In this document: in pieces, positions 39,330 through 51,615 of the stretch | Layout of the letters: every line of letters begins with the position of its first letter | Position numbering within the stretch: position 1 is the first letter of the stretch | Source: Camelus ferus | Taxonomy: Eukaryota | NCBI RefSeq assembly: GCF_009834535.1 | Contig: NC_045696.1 | Location: 38,938,001-39,002,000, forward strand | DNA length: 64,000 nucleotides | Reading direction: 5' to 3' | The notes under the pieces: model-generated | Databases searched by the model: none | Told to the model about the DNA's origin: nothing | The model's input: the letters and a program-made list of their open reading frames with translations, nothing else | Position numbers and translations under genes: made by a program

Positions 39330-40130
39330 TCATTCAAACACTTAAAAAATCACCCTCCTTCAGAAGAGTTACAAATTAAGACTATAGCAAGATGCCATGT
39401 TCCACCTGTTTGATAATCAAAACTTGAATTTGATATGGGGAAATGAGAGCTCTCAGACATACTGGTGGGAGTATAAATTGGTGAATCACTTTGGAGGGCA
39501 ACTTGACAAGGTCTGTCAATATTTTACATTCACATACTCTGATTTAATAATTTCCTTCTAGGAATTCTGTTGAATGTATACAGTTTACAAACAGGGCAAA
39601 AAATGTCTCTACAAGTTTAGTCATTGCAATGTTGTTTTAATAAGCCAGAAATGAAAAAAGTGGAATTCCATCAATAGTAGACTAATCAGTAAATTACGGT
39701 ATATCCATGTGGTGGAATATCACACAGCTGTCAAAAAGAATGTTAAAGTTTTTTATGTATGGATAAGAAAATATCTTAGATGCATTAAGTAAAAATTTTT
39801 TAAAAAGCAAGGTACAAAGCTTTGTGTATAGTATGCTCCATTTGCATATAAAAATGGGGGGTTGTATAAAAAGTCTGTTACTAGTGTTTTGTTAACTGTT
39901 TAGGGAGGATGGAGACTGGGTGAAGGAATGAGAAACAAGAGGGAGGCCTTTCATTTTAGACCTTTTTATACTTAAAAAAATGGGGGGAGGGTACAGCCTA
40001 GCATGCACGAGGTCCTGGGTTCAATCCCCAGTACATCTGTTAAAAATAAATAAATAAACCTAATTACCTGCCCCACTCCCCAAAAACATTAACAATTATG
40101 TGAATTATTTATTTTAGAAAAAAGAATAAG
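39330..40130 (+). mobile_element. Old L1ME-type ORF2 end/3'UTR fragment
   Basis: actggtgggagtataaattggtgaatcactttggagggcaa and tatatccatgtggtggaatatcacacagctgtcaaaaagaatg. Hosts the second SINE near its end. Confidence 0.7.
39982..40086 (+). mobile_element. Second Vic-1-like SINE, A-box region deleted
   Basis: Shares gggagggta...cacgaggtcctgggttcaatccccagtac with the 16.6 kb copy but lacks tcagtggtagag. Has an (AAAT)n tail plus a 3' extension. Confidence 0.8.
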
Positions 40131-43100
40131 ATTGGTTATGACCTAGTGTGTATCTATATAAGAGGGGAGAAACAAGAGAATTTATGATCCTGAGTTGGCA
40201 AAAATTCTCCAAAGGAAGAATGTAATCCATTAACTTGTTCAAATGAAAGAAGTTATGATTAAGGCTGTAAACAGATGGAATATATATAATGCAGAATAAT
40301 TTGATATTTTGATACTTTCTACAAGTATGAGTGAGGATTATGCATTATTAATCTGCAATGTTAAACTGAGTGGAATTAACAGCTTCAAAAATATCAACTC
40401 ACTTTTGTGAGATCACCTACATCATACACCGTGAGTAGCAGTGTGACTCTGGGCAGCTCAGGGCTCTCTCAGTCTTGATTATAAAGTGAGGGAGGTGGCC
40501 CTCATTTCTAAGGTCTCTTCCAGCTTTAGCATGCCACTCAAAACTCCATAGGGTAATAGGTGTGTACAAAATAAAGAAGTATGTCTTATAGATTAGGAAG
40601 ACTTGTACTGGAAAGGTCACATGTGAAAGTGTATGGGGTATTTCCTCTATGTGGTCCTAACATTTGATCATTTGATTTAAACACCTACCTCACCAATGTT
40701 TTTAACAAGAATTCATTCCAGTACCACTTGTGCCAGGCACTGTGCTAGGCTCTGGGGATCCAGTGCAGTATGGTCTTTGGCTCAAGCACCCATGCAGTTT
40801 TGTGGGGAAGGCAGACATAGCACAAATCTTTCTTCCACCCTTAAAATAAATACCGAGGTGTTACACGGGGCTGTGGCACGTGTCATAGGTGTGGGCCCAT
40901 TCTTGAGACTCTCCTCTTAGAAGAAACTGTTTTAATCTTATTTAACTTGTTTCTTCTACTCTTTCTGTATATATGTCTATTTACTATTCTTCCTTGATTT
41001 ATAAACTTTAGACAATTTATATTGATTCCTGGTTATGGTAGGTGAGGACTTAGCTATTTTACCTCTTCCCACTTTTCTTTGTTCATTCAGCCAAAATAAG
41101 TGTTAAAATTTTGGGATTAAATCGAAAATCATTCTTTCCATTTATATAAAATATAGTTTTGGTTTCGGTGATACAGCATGCCTTTTAAGGAGCTTATCTT
41201 TTATATGTTCTTTATGACAAGTAGCATAAGTGGCAGTGCCAGAATGACGTGAATATGGCATTTGAGTGCTCTCACAAATACCAATTTTGTGTGATTCCTA
41301 CAAGATATATGTTAGAGAGTTCTGCTTTACTCTTTGTATTAAAATGTATACAAAACACGGATACTACATTAGTGGCAGACTGTAATTTTTTTATAACTGC
41401 CATGATGCTTATGACAAGAAATAAAATACTTTGAATTTTACATTCTGATAACTGGAAACAGATTAGGTGAGGTGTTAACTCTCAGCTTTTTATTGTCTTT
41501 GTTATCAAAGCACCAAGGAGCACACCCTGGCTGAAAGGGTGGCATTGTGCTATGTTAGTCAAAGCCGAAAAGGTGTACGGTAATAAATTTGATTGTTCCA
41601 TTGTTCTAGGTAGGCAGATAAGGATCTTACTTGGCAATGCTGGATTTATTACGATACAAGAAATTGCCATTATGTACTATTTGTGCTGCTAGTATTTAGT
41701 TGTCTATTCTAAATTCATTGCTTGCATTTTTTCCACTACCTTGTTTCTATTTGTTTTTTTAAATCAACTACAATACTTGGGGATTTTTTTTTTTTTGTCT
41801 TTTAATAGTAATATATCCTTTTCTAAAACAGGTATGAAATGATAAGAAAATCAAAAAGAAAAAAAGCAGGACTCATATATAACCCTGTCCACTGAGAGAC
41901 AAGTACTAGATTCTTCTTGGTCATTTCCTGTGCACATATCTGCAGGTATATATATTTTTATAAAAAGTAAGTTCTCTTTAGGGTTTTGAAACTTGAATTT
42001 CTTTTTTGACTTAACAATGGTGCTTTTACATTTTCTGCGATAGTTATATACACTTGTATAAACTATAAGAATAATTTTCAATTTAATCCTTTAAAAAATC
42101 TTAGATGTGTCAATCACTTTTTCTGATCTGAACATCTAACTACGTCTCCGCTTACAGAGGTTTGTATTCCGATGGGAGAGGGCAGAAAGTAAACAAGTCC
42201 TACAGATTTATCTGTAGCACGCTTTGAAGTAGAGTGCAGCAGGGTGAGGGAAGGGGACATGGTGGAAGTGGTGAGTCCGGAGTGAGGTGCAGATGGGATG
42301 GTCGTGAGAGATCTCTCTCCTGGGCAATGTTTAGCCAAAGACCTGCATGATATTTGGGAGTGGGACATGAGCAAATCAGAGGAAAGGACTCTCCACGCAA
42401 GGGAATAGGCAATTTCAAGGTCCCGGGGCAGGATCATGTTGACACAGATGCCAGAATAGGCAGAGAGGACAGATGCAAGGGAGCCAGGGGCCGGGTGAGG
42501 TTGGCCTTGGTAAGGCTTTGAGATGATGAGATTACTTTTTTTCTTAAAAAGAAGAATCACTTGGGGATGGGTTTATATGTGTGTGTATGTATATTCTCAC
42601 ATTCTATCAGTTTATTGGTATCTGGAAGAGTTTCCAGAGGAGGAGGGATTTCGGCTGGAGGAGAGGTCAGCCTTGGCCAGGCTCTGGGCAGCTCTGGGAA
42701 TGCCCAGTCTTGCTGTCCTTGACCTCCAGTGCCCCTCTCTCAGGACAGTTTGTTGAATGGTTCATGAATGAGGGTCCCATTTTAGAAGGCAGCTGGAATA
42801 CTGCTTTGAGTTCATGTCAGCAAAAGTTCAGGGTATTGATTCTGGTGGGGGGGGTGTCCCAGATGTTGGGGATCTGCAGGGTACGCACATAGAGGACTGT
42901 GGGGATAGAGCAGTTGCTGATGTCACGTGCGGATGGACAGCTCAGGTACCCATCAGACACACTGAGCTGCTCACTCTGTAGCCTGGGATTAACTGTGATT
43001 ATGGGTCTTGTTTTGGGAGCGTGAGATGGGAACAGGCCACAAGTCAGCTTCGAGGTAGATAAATAAATTATAGGGGAGGGCAGTAGCTCTGGGAAAAAAA

Positions 43101-45329
43101 AACTGTGGGAGGAGGCTAGGACCGTAGAGCTGCCGTGCTTCATAATCATGTCTGTTACCTCCTCCCTTCTCCCAGTTTCTCACCGGAGAGCTCTGAAATT
43201 CAAATGCCAGATGTTTGAGCTAAAATACATGCTGTTTGACTGTCTTAAAAGTGCACCTTTTAATTTGAAGCCCAGAAATAGCTATAACCACCTGTTTTAT
43301 ATTCTGTTAATGGTCATTAAAAAAAATACAAGTGCTGCTCTACTGCTGGCAGTCACTGTTTATGAACGGACAGTTGTCCAGATGGTTGTTTGCAAACCGT
43401 TGGAGTGGAGCTCTGTCTCTATCCCCACAGAAGCAGGGTTGGAGATGCTGGATGCAGCTCTGGGCCAGGGCACAAAAGTCAGTTTAATCTATAATGTTCC
43501 TGCAGTGTAGCAGTAAACAAAGAGAACTCTGGAGCTTGTGCAAAGATGTGTTTCTAAGAAAAGATCCCCGAGGTAGTGTAGATGCCCCCAAGGCATGAGC
43601 AGACCTTTTGGAGGGTGTGGGGCTAAAGCCCACACTATATTTAAGGACCAAAGTAAGGGCTGGGAGGAGGGTGGAGTCTAAGGGACTGAAGGATGGTCCT
43701 GGTGTGGCCTCAGTCACTCTGAAATAAGGGACAGGAGAAGATTCTGCCACCTTGTTGGAACAGCCTGGTATTATTTTGACTGGATTGCTTTCTTGGCCAT
43801 AGTCTTCCTCTTCTTTTACCACAAAAGCCTCGACGTGAGTCTACCTGTTTCTTTTTCCACCTACCCTGCTATTTGAGGATCCTGTGGGGATTTTAGATCT
43901 GGCGGAGCACTGGTCTGACCCCTTCAATTTACACATTTGAAAAAAATCAGATCCAGGAAAGGGCATTTTGACAGAAGTGCCTTTTGTCCCTAAGGTGCTG
44001 TGCCTGAAACATATATGTCCATGTTGAATTTTTGCAGAACATCTTGCTACTCATGACAGTGGGGAAGGGAGTGGGGAGGGAAGAGACCCCTGCTTGTTCC
44101 ATATTCTTTCTTCATTAGTCCTCCAAGGCTTTACTGAAGTACTATCACATTTCAAGGGATGGCCACATTCTGGCTGCTTCTAGGGTTTCATCATAGGAGT
44201 TGTGTCAAGTTGCCTCTGAGGTGCGGAGCAACATGCCCGGAAGGAAGGCTGAAAGAAGTTGTGGTAGAGGAGGAGATGCTGCTTAGTGGGCCAGGCTTCT
44301 GGAGCGAGCAGGGCTTTTTGTTAACAGGGGAGGAGAAAGCCATAGAGGGATGTACCCTGATTCTCTTTCCTTGTCCTCAGCGTTACTGCTGGTTCCTGTG
44401 CTGTGGACCATACCTTGTACAATGGAAGTGAGAATCAAGAGTGGGAAGAAAATCTCAGGTAGCAGCAGGCTGTCTGAGTGCGATGGAAGGGAGGCAGAGA
44501 AGGGAAATCCTCAGCAAAGTCCCCTGAGAATGGTGTAGGGTTCCTGGGGGCAGTGGACTGGGGGCACTGCTTAGAGGTAAGGCGATACCCAGATCAGGAA
44601 CGACCTTCTATTAAATGACCTCGTGTTTTGGGATGCTCAGAATTAACAGCCAGTGATGTCATCAGTAGCAAAGATTGCCTCCTGGAAATGGCAAGAAATC
44701 ATAGACTCAGAGATTCAGTGAGAAGTAGGCAGTCCTCTGGAAGACGGTTATGGAAGCTGCTTTAACATTTCCAGGTTTTTCTGATGCAGCCACAGTAACA
44801 GTGAGTGAGGAAAGAGACAGAGTAGGAGGCGGTACCCAGCAGCTGTGTTCCAGGACAGGGAGGAGTGAAGAGCTTTATCTCCCACACTGTGTGCCCTCCC
44901 CCATCTCCTCCTGTGTTCATTGACCTTCTAGGAAACTGTGTTCTTAGCACTTGAGGAACTGGCTCTGGTAGACGCCCCGCCACATCCCTTATGCTTCAGT
45001 CTGCGGTATACACTGGAAGAAGGGGATTTTTCTTGTTGGTCTCACTCAGCTTGCGATGCTCTGTGTGCTCATTAGGGTATCAGCTCTTCGCTGGGGCCAG
45101 CTCTGCCAGGCATCGGTGTTGGAAAACGGGTAATGTTTCACGTGAGTGAGGTTTCTAAATAATTGATACCTACCTTTAAGTATCAACACGTAACACACTT
45201 AAATAATGTTAAGTGGAGATCCCTCCCACCAGATGGTTCTCTTCCCTGGGCAGCTCTCAGTTGCTGGTTTCAGCTGAATAGAGAGGGAGGGTCTCTGACC
45301 ATTTATCAAGAATGTGGTCAGAGGGCGAC

Positions 45330-45470
45330 CTGCGTCTGAATGACCCCATGGAAGGGGAAACTGGTTATTGAACATGTGGATTCCTGGGCTCCACTCCAGC
45401 TGGATCCTTAACTGTCAGGCCTGGATATCTGCTTTATAAACACAGTTGCCCAGGTGCCTACAGTACACCT
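45330..45470. mobile_element. MER5A-like fragment
   Basis: tggattcctgggctccactccag...ggcctggatatctgctttataaa...cccaggtg motif. Confidence 0.45.
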
Positions 45471-48400
45471 GGGTAGGGATTCTGAAGGAAAGAGGGCAAG
45501 GATTTTGCCTGGTGTGTTCACTGCTCAGCTCCTCGTACCAAGAAGAGTGCCTGGTACCTAAAAAGTACGCAGTGTGTATCTGGTGAGTGAGTTCGTGGCC
45601 TGGTTTTCTCCTTCTTATTTGCTAATGAGTTAGGGAATCTTGTTAGAATTTAATAAAAAAAAAAGTTTAATATATCTTAAGTGACAGAATAGGGACTTCT
45701 GTGTACATTATTTGAGCCTTAAAATGTAAATATGCCCCATTTTTTTTATGGCCCAGAGGTTTGTTTTATTGTACGTCTGGCATAAAGTCAGTAGATGCTT
45801 AATGGTTGTATGTTGGGTTCCTGGTTTTTAGCTATGGTCTTAAGGTTGCTTCAGAAATGAGGAGTTTCTGTGTTACTTTGACCTTGATATTTGGACTACT
45901 TTGAAAGATTAATTTCCAGAGTCCTGTTAGCTGAGTAAGACTGAGGCTGCTTAGAAATGCAAGGCAGTCCTCTGTGTGCCTACGTGTGGCTGTGATTCCT
46001 GCCGTGAGCAAAGTGTGCGCATTCTAAAAATACTGCTATTGAAATAGTCCCAGGTCCCAGAGGGGGTTAAATTGTGAGAGAACAATAGGAGAGGCTTGTC
46101 GTCTTTCATAAGGTTTGAGATATCTGAATTTGAAATGTTTCTCTTTCCCTCATACTTTTGAGAATCTGAGAGAACCACTCCAAGCCTTGTGAGATTTTTC
46201 TGTAACTTTTTTTTTTTTTGCTGAGCAGACATCCAAGTACCCAGTGTTCTGAGTATCTTTATGGACTCTCTTCTGATTTTTGTGTGTTTTGTTTATAAAT
46301 CAACTGAAAATATCTTTGTTCCTGTTGAGTAATTTTCTTCTCCCAGCCCCACTGCCTTCTTCAGAGAAAGATGATGCGGATGAGAGTGGCTGGTGCATGC
46401 TTCCAGGAGCCGTGTGGACTAGGGTTTCATTAAGGAAAAAGGACTAATGTGTCTTACTACGTTGTTCCCAATGGAACAGTGTTTTCTGATTCAGCACACA
46501 AGAAGGGAGAGTATTTTATGTCAGTTATTTTTAAAATTCATTTAACAAACAATATTTGAGTGCCTTCACAGTGCCAGGCACAATGTGAGGCTCGGGGATA
46601 CGGCCATGAATGATATCATTCCTGAGTTAAATGAGTTCAAATTCTAGTTAGACAAGTGGACAACCAACCAGCCATTAAGGTAAAGAGCAGAAGTGCATGA
46701 GGGGTATCACTGGGTGCCGTGGGAGCACAGAAGAATACTGGTTAAGATAGAACGAAATTGTAAAGGATGAAGAGTTGGGCAGAGTGGGGAAGGGTGTTGC
46801 AGGCAGGAGGAGAAAGTGGTTGCTGGCATGTGAATTTGGTGTGATCTGAGAATGGGAGTTGGTTCCACACGACAGGTGTATCTGCGACCGGGTTGTGAAC
46901 GTCTATACTAAGGACTCTTCATTTTATTCACCAGCTCCTGGAGGTTTACTGAAGGATTTTTTTGAACAGGAGACTGTCATGATTACATTAACGATCACAT
47001 TGGCCAGGGAGAATGAATGGAAGCAGAACAGTCCTGAAGATGCCAGAGACAAATGAGGAAGGGACTCTAGTAAATCTAGAAAAGAAATGGGGGAAGCTTT
47101 AAGTAAGGCAGTGATTTTTATATATAACCCCAAGTTTTGAAATGTTGTTTGCTTTAAAACTCAACACATTTTTAAACTTTGGCTTAGCAATAAGATTCGT
47201 GAAACGTAAACGTAGGATATAAGTTTCAGAAAGTTTTATGCAGTGTCAAGTGTTACTTCTTTTAGTGATTTCAGCTTTAAATTCTTTAGTTGTTTGCACA
47301 ATACAAAAAACTCATGTGCTGACTTACAGCTGTATTTTTCTGGCATTTTGTGTGTGTTTATAGTGCGGAATTAATTATAGCTACTGGAAAACACTGAGTT
47401 CTGCCTTAAATCCCTTGGGCCCAGAGCTGCGTCTTCCGCAGATCTCTTGTGCTGGAAAAGACGCTTTCACTATGTTCATTTACAGCCTCACTGCAGCAGT
47501 AAGTTTATAGAAAGCCCTGTAAACACTCTGAATATAATTTCAGAAATCTTGAAGTAAGAACTAGGATACTGACGTTATAAATGCTTATATATTTAGGTAG
47601 TTTTTAGGTCATTCAACATAGATTACAGTTAGAACACGTAGGAAGTCGTCAAGGCCAGTAGTGTTCATGATTATACCCCAGGTCCTTGCAGCATGCTCTT
47701 TCTACATGTAACTTGCCAGTCTCTTTTTCTTGATTCGAGCTTAAATAGACCAGTATTAATTGACATTTAATTTTTAAAAAACTGAATTGTAAACAACCTT
47801 GTGGCTAAAAATACACCTAGTAAAATAGGAAAAAAAAGAGATAAGAACCTACTCATATTAAAAATATTAACCATTTGAGACATTCTTACTTTATAGCTAC
47901 GTATATATGTATAGGTTACAATTCTGTGTTGTACATTGTTATTTTTTCTGCATTTGTCTTTGTTTTTCTCTGTGAAATTTCCATGTGTCAAAACAAATAG
48001 CTCACATATTTATCTATTTACATGCTTGTTTGTTCCTATTGGCATTTAAATGGCTTAAGAGCATGGTTGTATCTTGTTGGACCTTGTAATCCTGCACAGA
48101 GTCTGAGACTTAATAAAATCCATTGTGTTTTCCAGATGTTCATTATCTCTTTATGTTTTCTCCCTTTTTTTTTTTTAATCATTATTTGTTTCCTGGATAG
48201 TCTGCACAGTTGCACTGGATTTTATGGGTAGAAAATCTAAGTAGCACAAATCATGTTCTCTCTTTCCATCCTGATCTGAGCTGTTGACCCCTCCTCCTTT
48301 CCATTTCCCCTCCCACCAGTCACCAGGATCCCTAGGCTGTTCCCCACTCTCAGTCATTCTCCTGCCTGAAGGCTCCCCAGGGCTGGTAGGACAGAGACCG

Positions 48401-49502
48401 CATTCTGCAACGGGTCAGACAGGTTCTTCATGGTCTGGCATCCACTAACCTCTGGTCTCATTCTCATCTCCATCAGGATCACCTCTGCCTGTCCCAGGTT
48501 CCTGTGCTCCGGTTTTATATTAAAAACAAGTAAACAGAATATGGTTTCCTGAAAGGCCGTGTTTTCTATTACCCACTTCTCTGTGGCACCACACTGAGCA
48601 GGCAGAATTGCTGCCCTTCTTTGTTTCCTCTGTGTTCCATGATACTTCGTGCATTCAGCAGTTACAGCTTGTACCGAACTGTATGATTACTTTGTTTGTG
48701 TATCAGTCTCCCCTACTAGACTGAGTTTTACAAAGACCCTAACCTACTGGTTCTTAAATCCTCAAGGCCAAGCACAATCCCCAGCACATGGTAGAGTGTC
48801 ATGAATATCTTCGGTGTGGAGCAACCCAGTTTGCCCAGGATCAAGGAAGGATGAAAGCAAAATAATGTGTAAACATAGAGATATATTTAGATCTAAAATG
48901 TATGTGTGCCTAATAGGCAAAGTAGGTTATTATGAAATCTCATAAGACATCTGTGGAGGTATTCCAGACAAGACAATTAGAAGTGACTATCTGGAAAATC
49001 AGATTTTTAAGGTGGCATCCGGGACACATTTGGGGTTAGATAAACCTGTATCTGTTTTGAGCAACCCCAGAACTCACTATATGTTTATAAAAATTTACTG
49101 AGTAGAAATATATTCAAAATAACACTCAGCATAGACATTAAAAGAGGTCAGGCAGCAGAGAGCCTTAGTATACATAAAGTAAAAGAATGCCAACACTCCC
49201 CAAGATTACGATAGTCATGCACTGGTGCTCCTTTGTTCAGGTGCATCATTAGTGTGATGCTGGTCGTCAGCATAAGAAAAGAACAGCGCATGATGGACTC
49301 CCTAAATTGTCTGAAGCCTGGATGAGCATTTCAAGGGTCAAGACTCAAATCAACATATTCTTAGTACAGCACTTTGTGTATGAATCTTTTGAGCATTGCA
49401 ATTAAAAAAAACTTTTAATTTTTGCATTAAACTCAAAAACTGTATATGATTTTTGATAATTCTCTTTTAATTTCAGAAGAAACTGTGGTTTTTATTTTTC
49501 AG

Positions 49503-49569
49503 TGTTGAAAATGAGCCCGTGAGCACAAGTCAGAAAAAGGAAAATGTACTTTCACCAGAAGCAGTGAAG
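49503..49569 (+). CDS. CRYBG3: CRYBG3 coding exon 2 (67 nt)
   Basis: tttatttttcag|T GTT GAA AAT...GTG AAG|gtatag encodes (S)VENEPVSTSQKKENVLSPEAVK. Phase fits exon 1 (2) and exon 3 (0). Confidence 0.93.
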
Positions 49570-51524
49570 GTATAGTTTTAAATTAATATTATTTTATATC
49601 AAGCAAATATTTTTCTTTATTTCTGCTCTTCTTTCTTCTTTTAGATTCTGCCATCTCATTTTACATTTCAAAAACAGCATGGAGTCTTACTACTTTATGT
49701 GGAACTCCAGCCCAGCTCCACTGGACATTTGCATCTCAGGGTGGGCGTAGGGGGAGGGGGGCACCGAGGGGAGACTTTAGACAGTGGTTCTCTTATCCCA
49801 GCTGAGCCACTAACCAGCTGCGAGGCCTTCAGCTGAAGCATTTAACTTCTGTGTGCCTTGGTTTTCTAATCTGTAAATTGGATCATCTGACCTCTACAGT
49901 CTCTTTTTCCCTAGGAAGTACTTTGATTTTTGTTGTGTTTTATCAGAAGCCACTGACAACTAATAGTGCTTTTGGGGGCGTAGAAGTTAGTGACATGTCC
50001 GTACATGTCATTAGTATGTGAAGATATGTTGTTCAGCTCACATATGGACTGACTCTCTCTGCATCTACGGGACAAGCATGGAAAGTGTATACTCTATAAC
50101 TTCTACCTATATATTTACTGATAGGTGTGGTTAGAAATCCTTGAGAACCACTAAACCTCGTGACATTTCTTTTTAGCCATAAGTGATTTTCTAGAAACTG
50201 GGTGTTGGAGTTGTTTGGGGGTGTGAGGCCAAGTATATGATCAGGTATTGGTGGCTGTCCCACATTCATGGAATTTAGTCCCAGTTATTTTCTTTTTACA
50301 TGATTTGTGACAGTCAGTCAAGGAGAAAGCGTCTGCTTTCCAGGGGTTGCAGGGTACAGTAGCTTGGTCAGTGGGGGGACCAGAAAGTCATCTGAACTCT
50401 TCACTGCTGATACGGGGACTTTTAAGTATTATGAAAGGTCTAAAGGCTTTAAATATGGTAAAGATAAAGCTGTTTTCATTCTTTATTCTCACCTTCCACA
50501 TCATGGTTAACAATATAAATTTTTTTGAAAGAAAGTTAATAAGTTAATATTTTTAACTTTATTGAAAGAAAAAAAAAAAAAAAACCAGGATCACCTTGCT
50601 CCCACTACCTTTCTTCATTCCTTTGTGAATTTGGCTACTGAATCCTGCTCCCAGGTTTTGTAACACTTCCTACCTACTCTTTTGCAGCCAGTTGCTAACC
50701 AGCCTGTTGGTTTACCAGTGCATGGGCTCTGCAGCTTTCTTCCTCTCCTTCGGTTTTTACAGGTCCTAAGTTGCCCTACTTCAAGATTTTTACTTCTAAT
50801 TCTCCACATGCAACCTTGCTCTTGAGTTGTTTCACAGGAAGTACGTCTGTTAAATTCTGAGATCTCAAACTTCAAAGTTTCTTTGGCTGCCAACTCCTGT
50901 CATTCCATCTCTCAATCCCTTGTTGCCTCTGCACCCACCCTTGACCGTCAGCGAACCTTCCTGCCTTCCCTGCTCTCTTGTCTCTACTTGTTCGCCTACT
51001 CAGCCTGTGACTCTTAGGTACCACTTCAGCAACTGATCTCACCAAAAAATAAACCTTGAGTCCTCAGACTTGGCCCTCAGACTTTAATTTCCAGTGGTCC
51101 TGCTTTCCACCTGCAGAGATCTGCTCCAGAAAGTCACATCTTTGTGGCTTCAGTGAGGATACATGGTGGACAAATATAGTGGCTGGACCTCCATGATTAC
51201 AATCTTTTCTATCCATTCTTAATATCTCGGTTTGAATGCACATGATAGTTTCAGTTTGGGATTTGGGCCCCCAGGTAAACACAGCCCATTGTCATGGGAC
51301 TGTTTCTCCCATGATTGGAGGCCTGTGGGATTACTTCTGCATGGGCAGTCTGGTGAGCCCATAATAGGAAGGGCACCAGGGCTCTCTCACTGGGGTAGCA
51401 TAAGCATGTTGGCCCATGTAACTTTTTTTTTTTTTTTTAACTTTCTGGAAACTACTGATAGGATTTCTTCAACTTGGTTACACAGACGCAGTTGTTGTGG
51501 GACCTGTTGCTGCCAGGAATCAAA

Positions 51525-51615
51525 AATACGTTATTTTGCAGGTTATATCCCATTATAGGTTATTAAAACGTATTGGATTTAATTCCTTGTGCTATATAGT
51601 AAATCCCTCTTGCTT
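51525..51615 (-). mobile_element. L1MA9-like 3' terminal fragment
   Basis: cattataggttattaaaacgtattggatttaattccttgtgctatatagtaaatcc resembles the reverse complement of an L1MA9-type 3' end. Confidence 0.55.

Noticed and set aside
49476..49502. Upstream alternative acceptor (tttcag) for CRYBG3 exon 2
   Set aside because: It would add 26 nt and frameshift, and there is no evidence of use.
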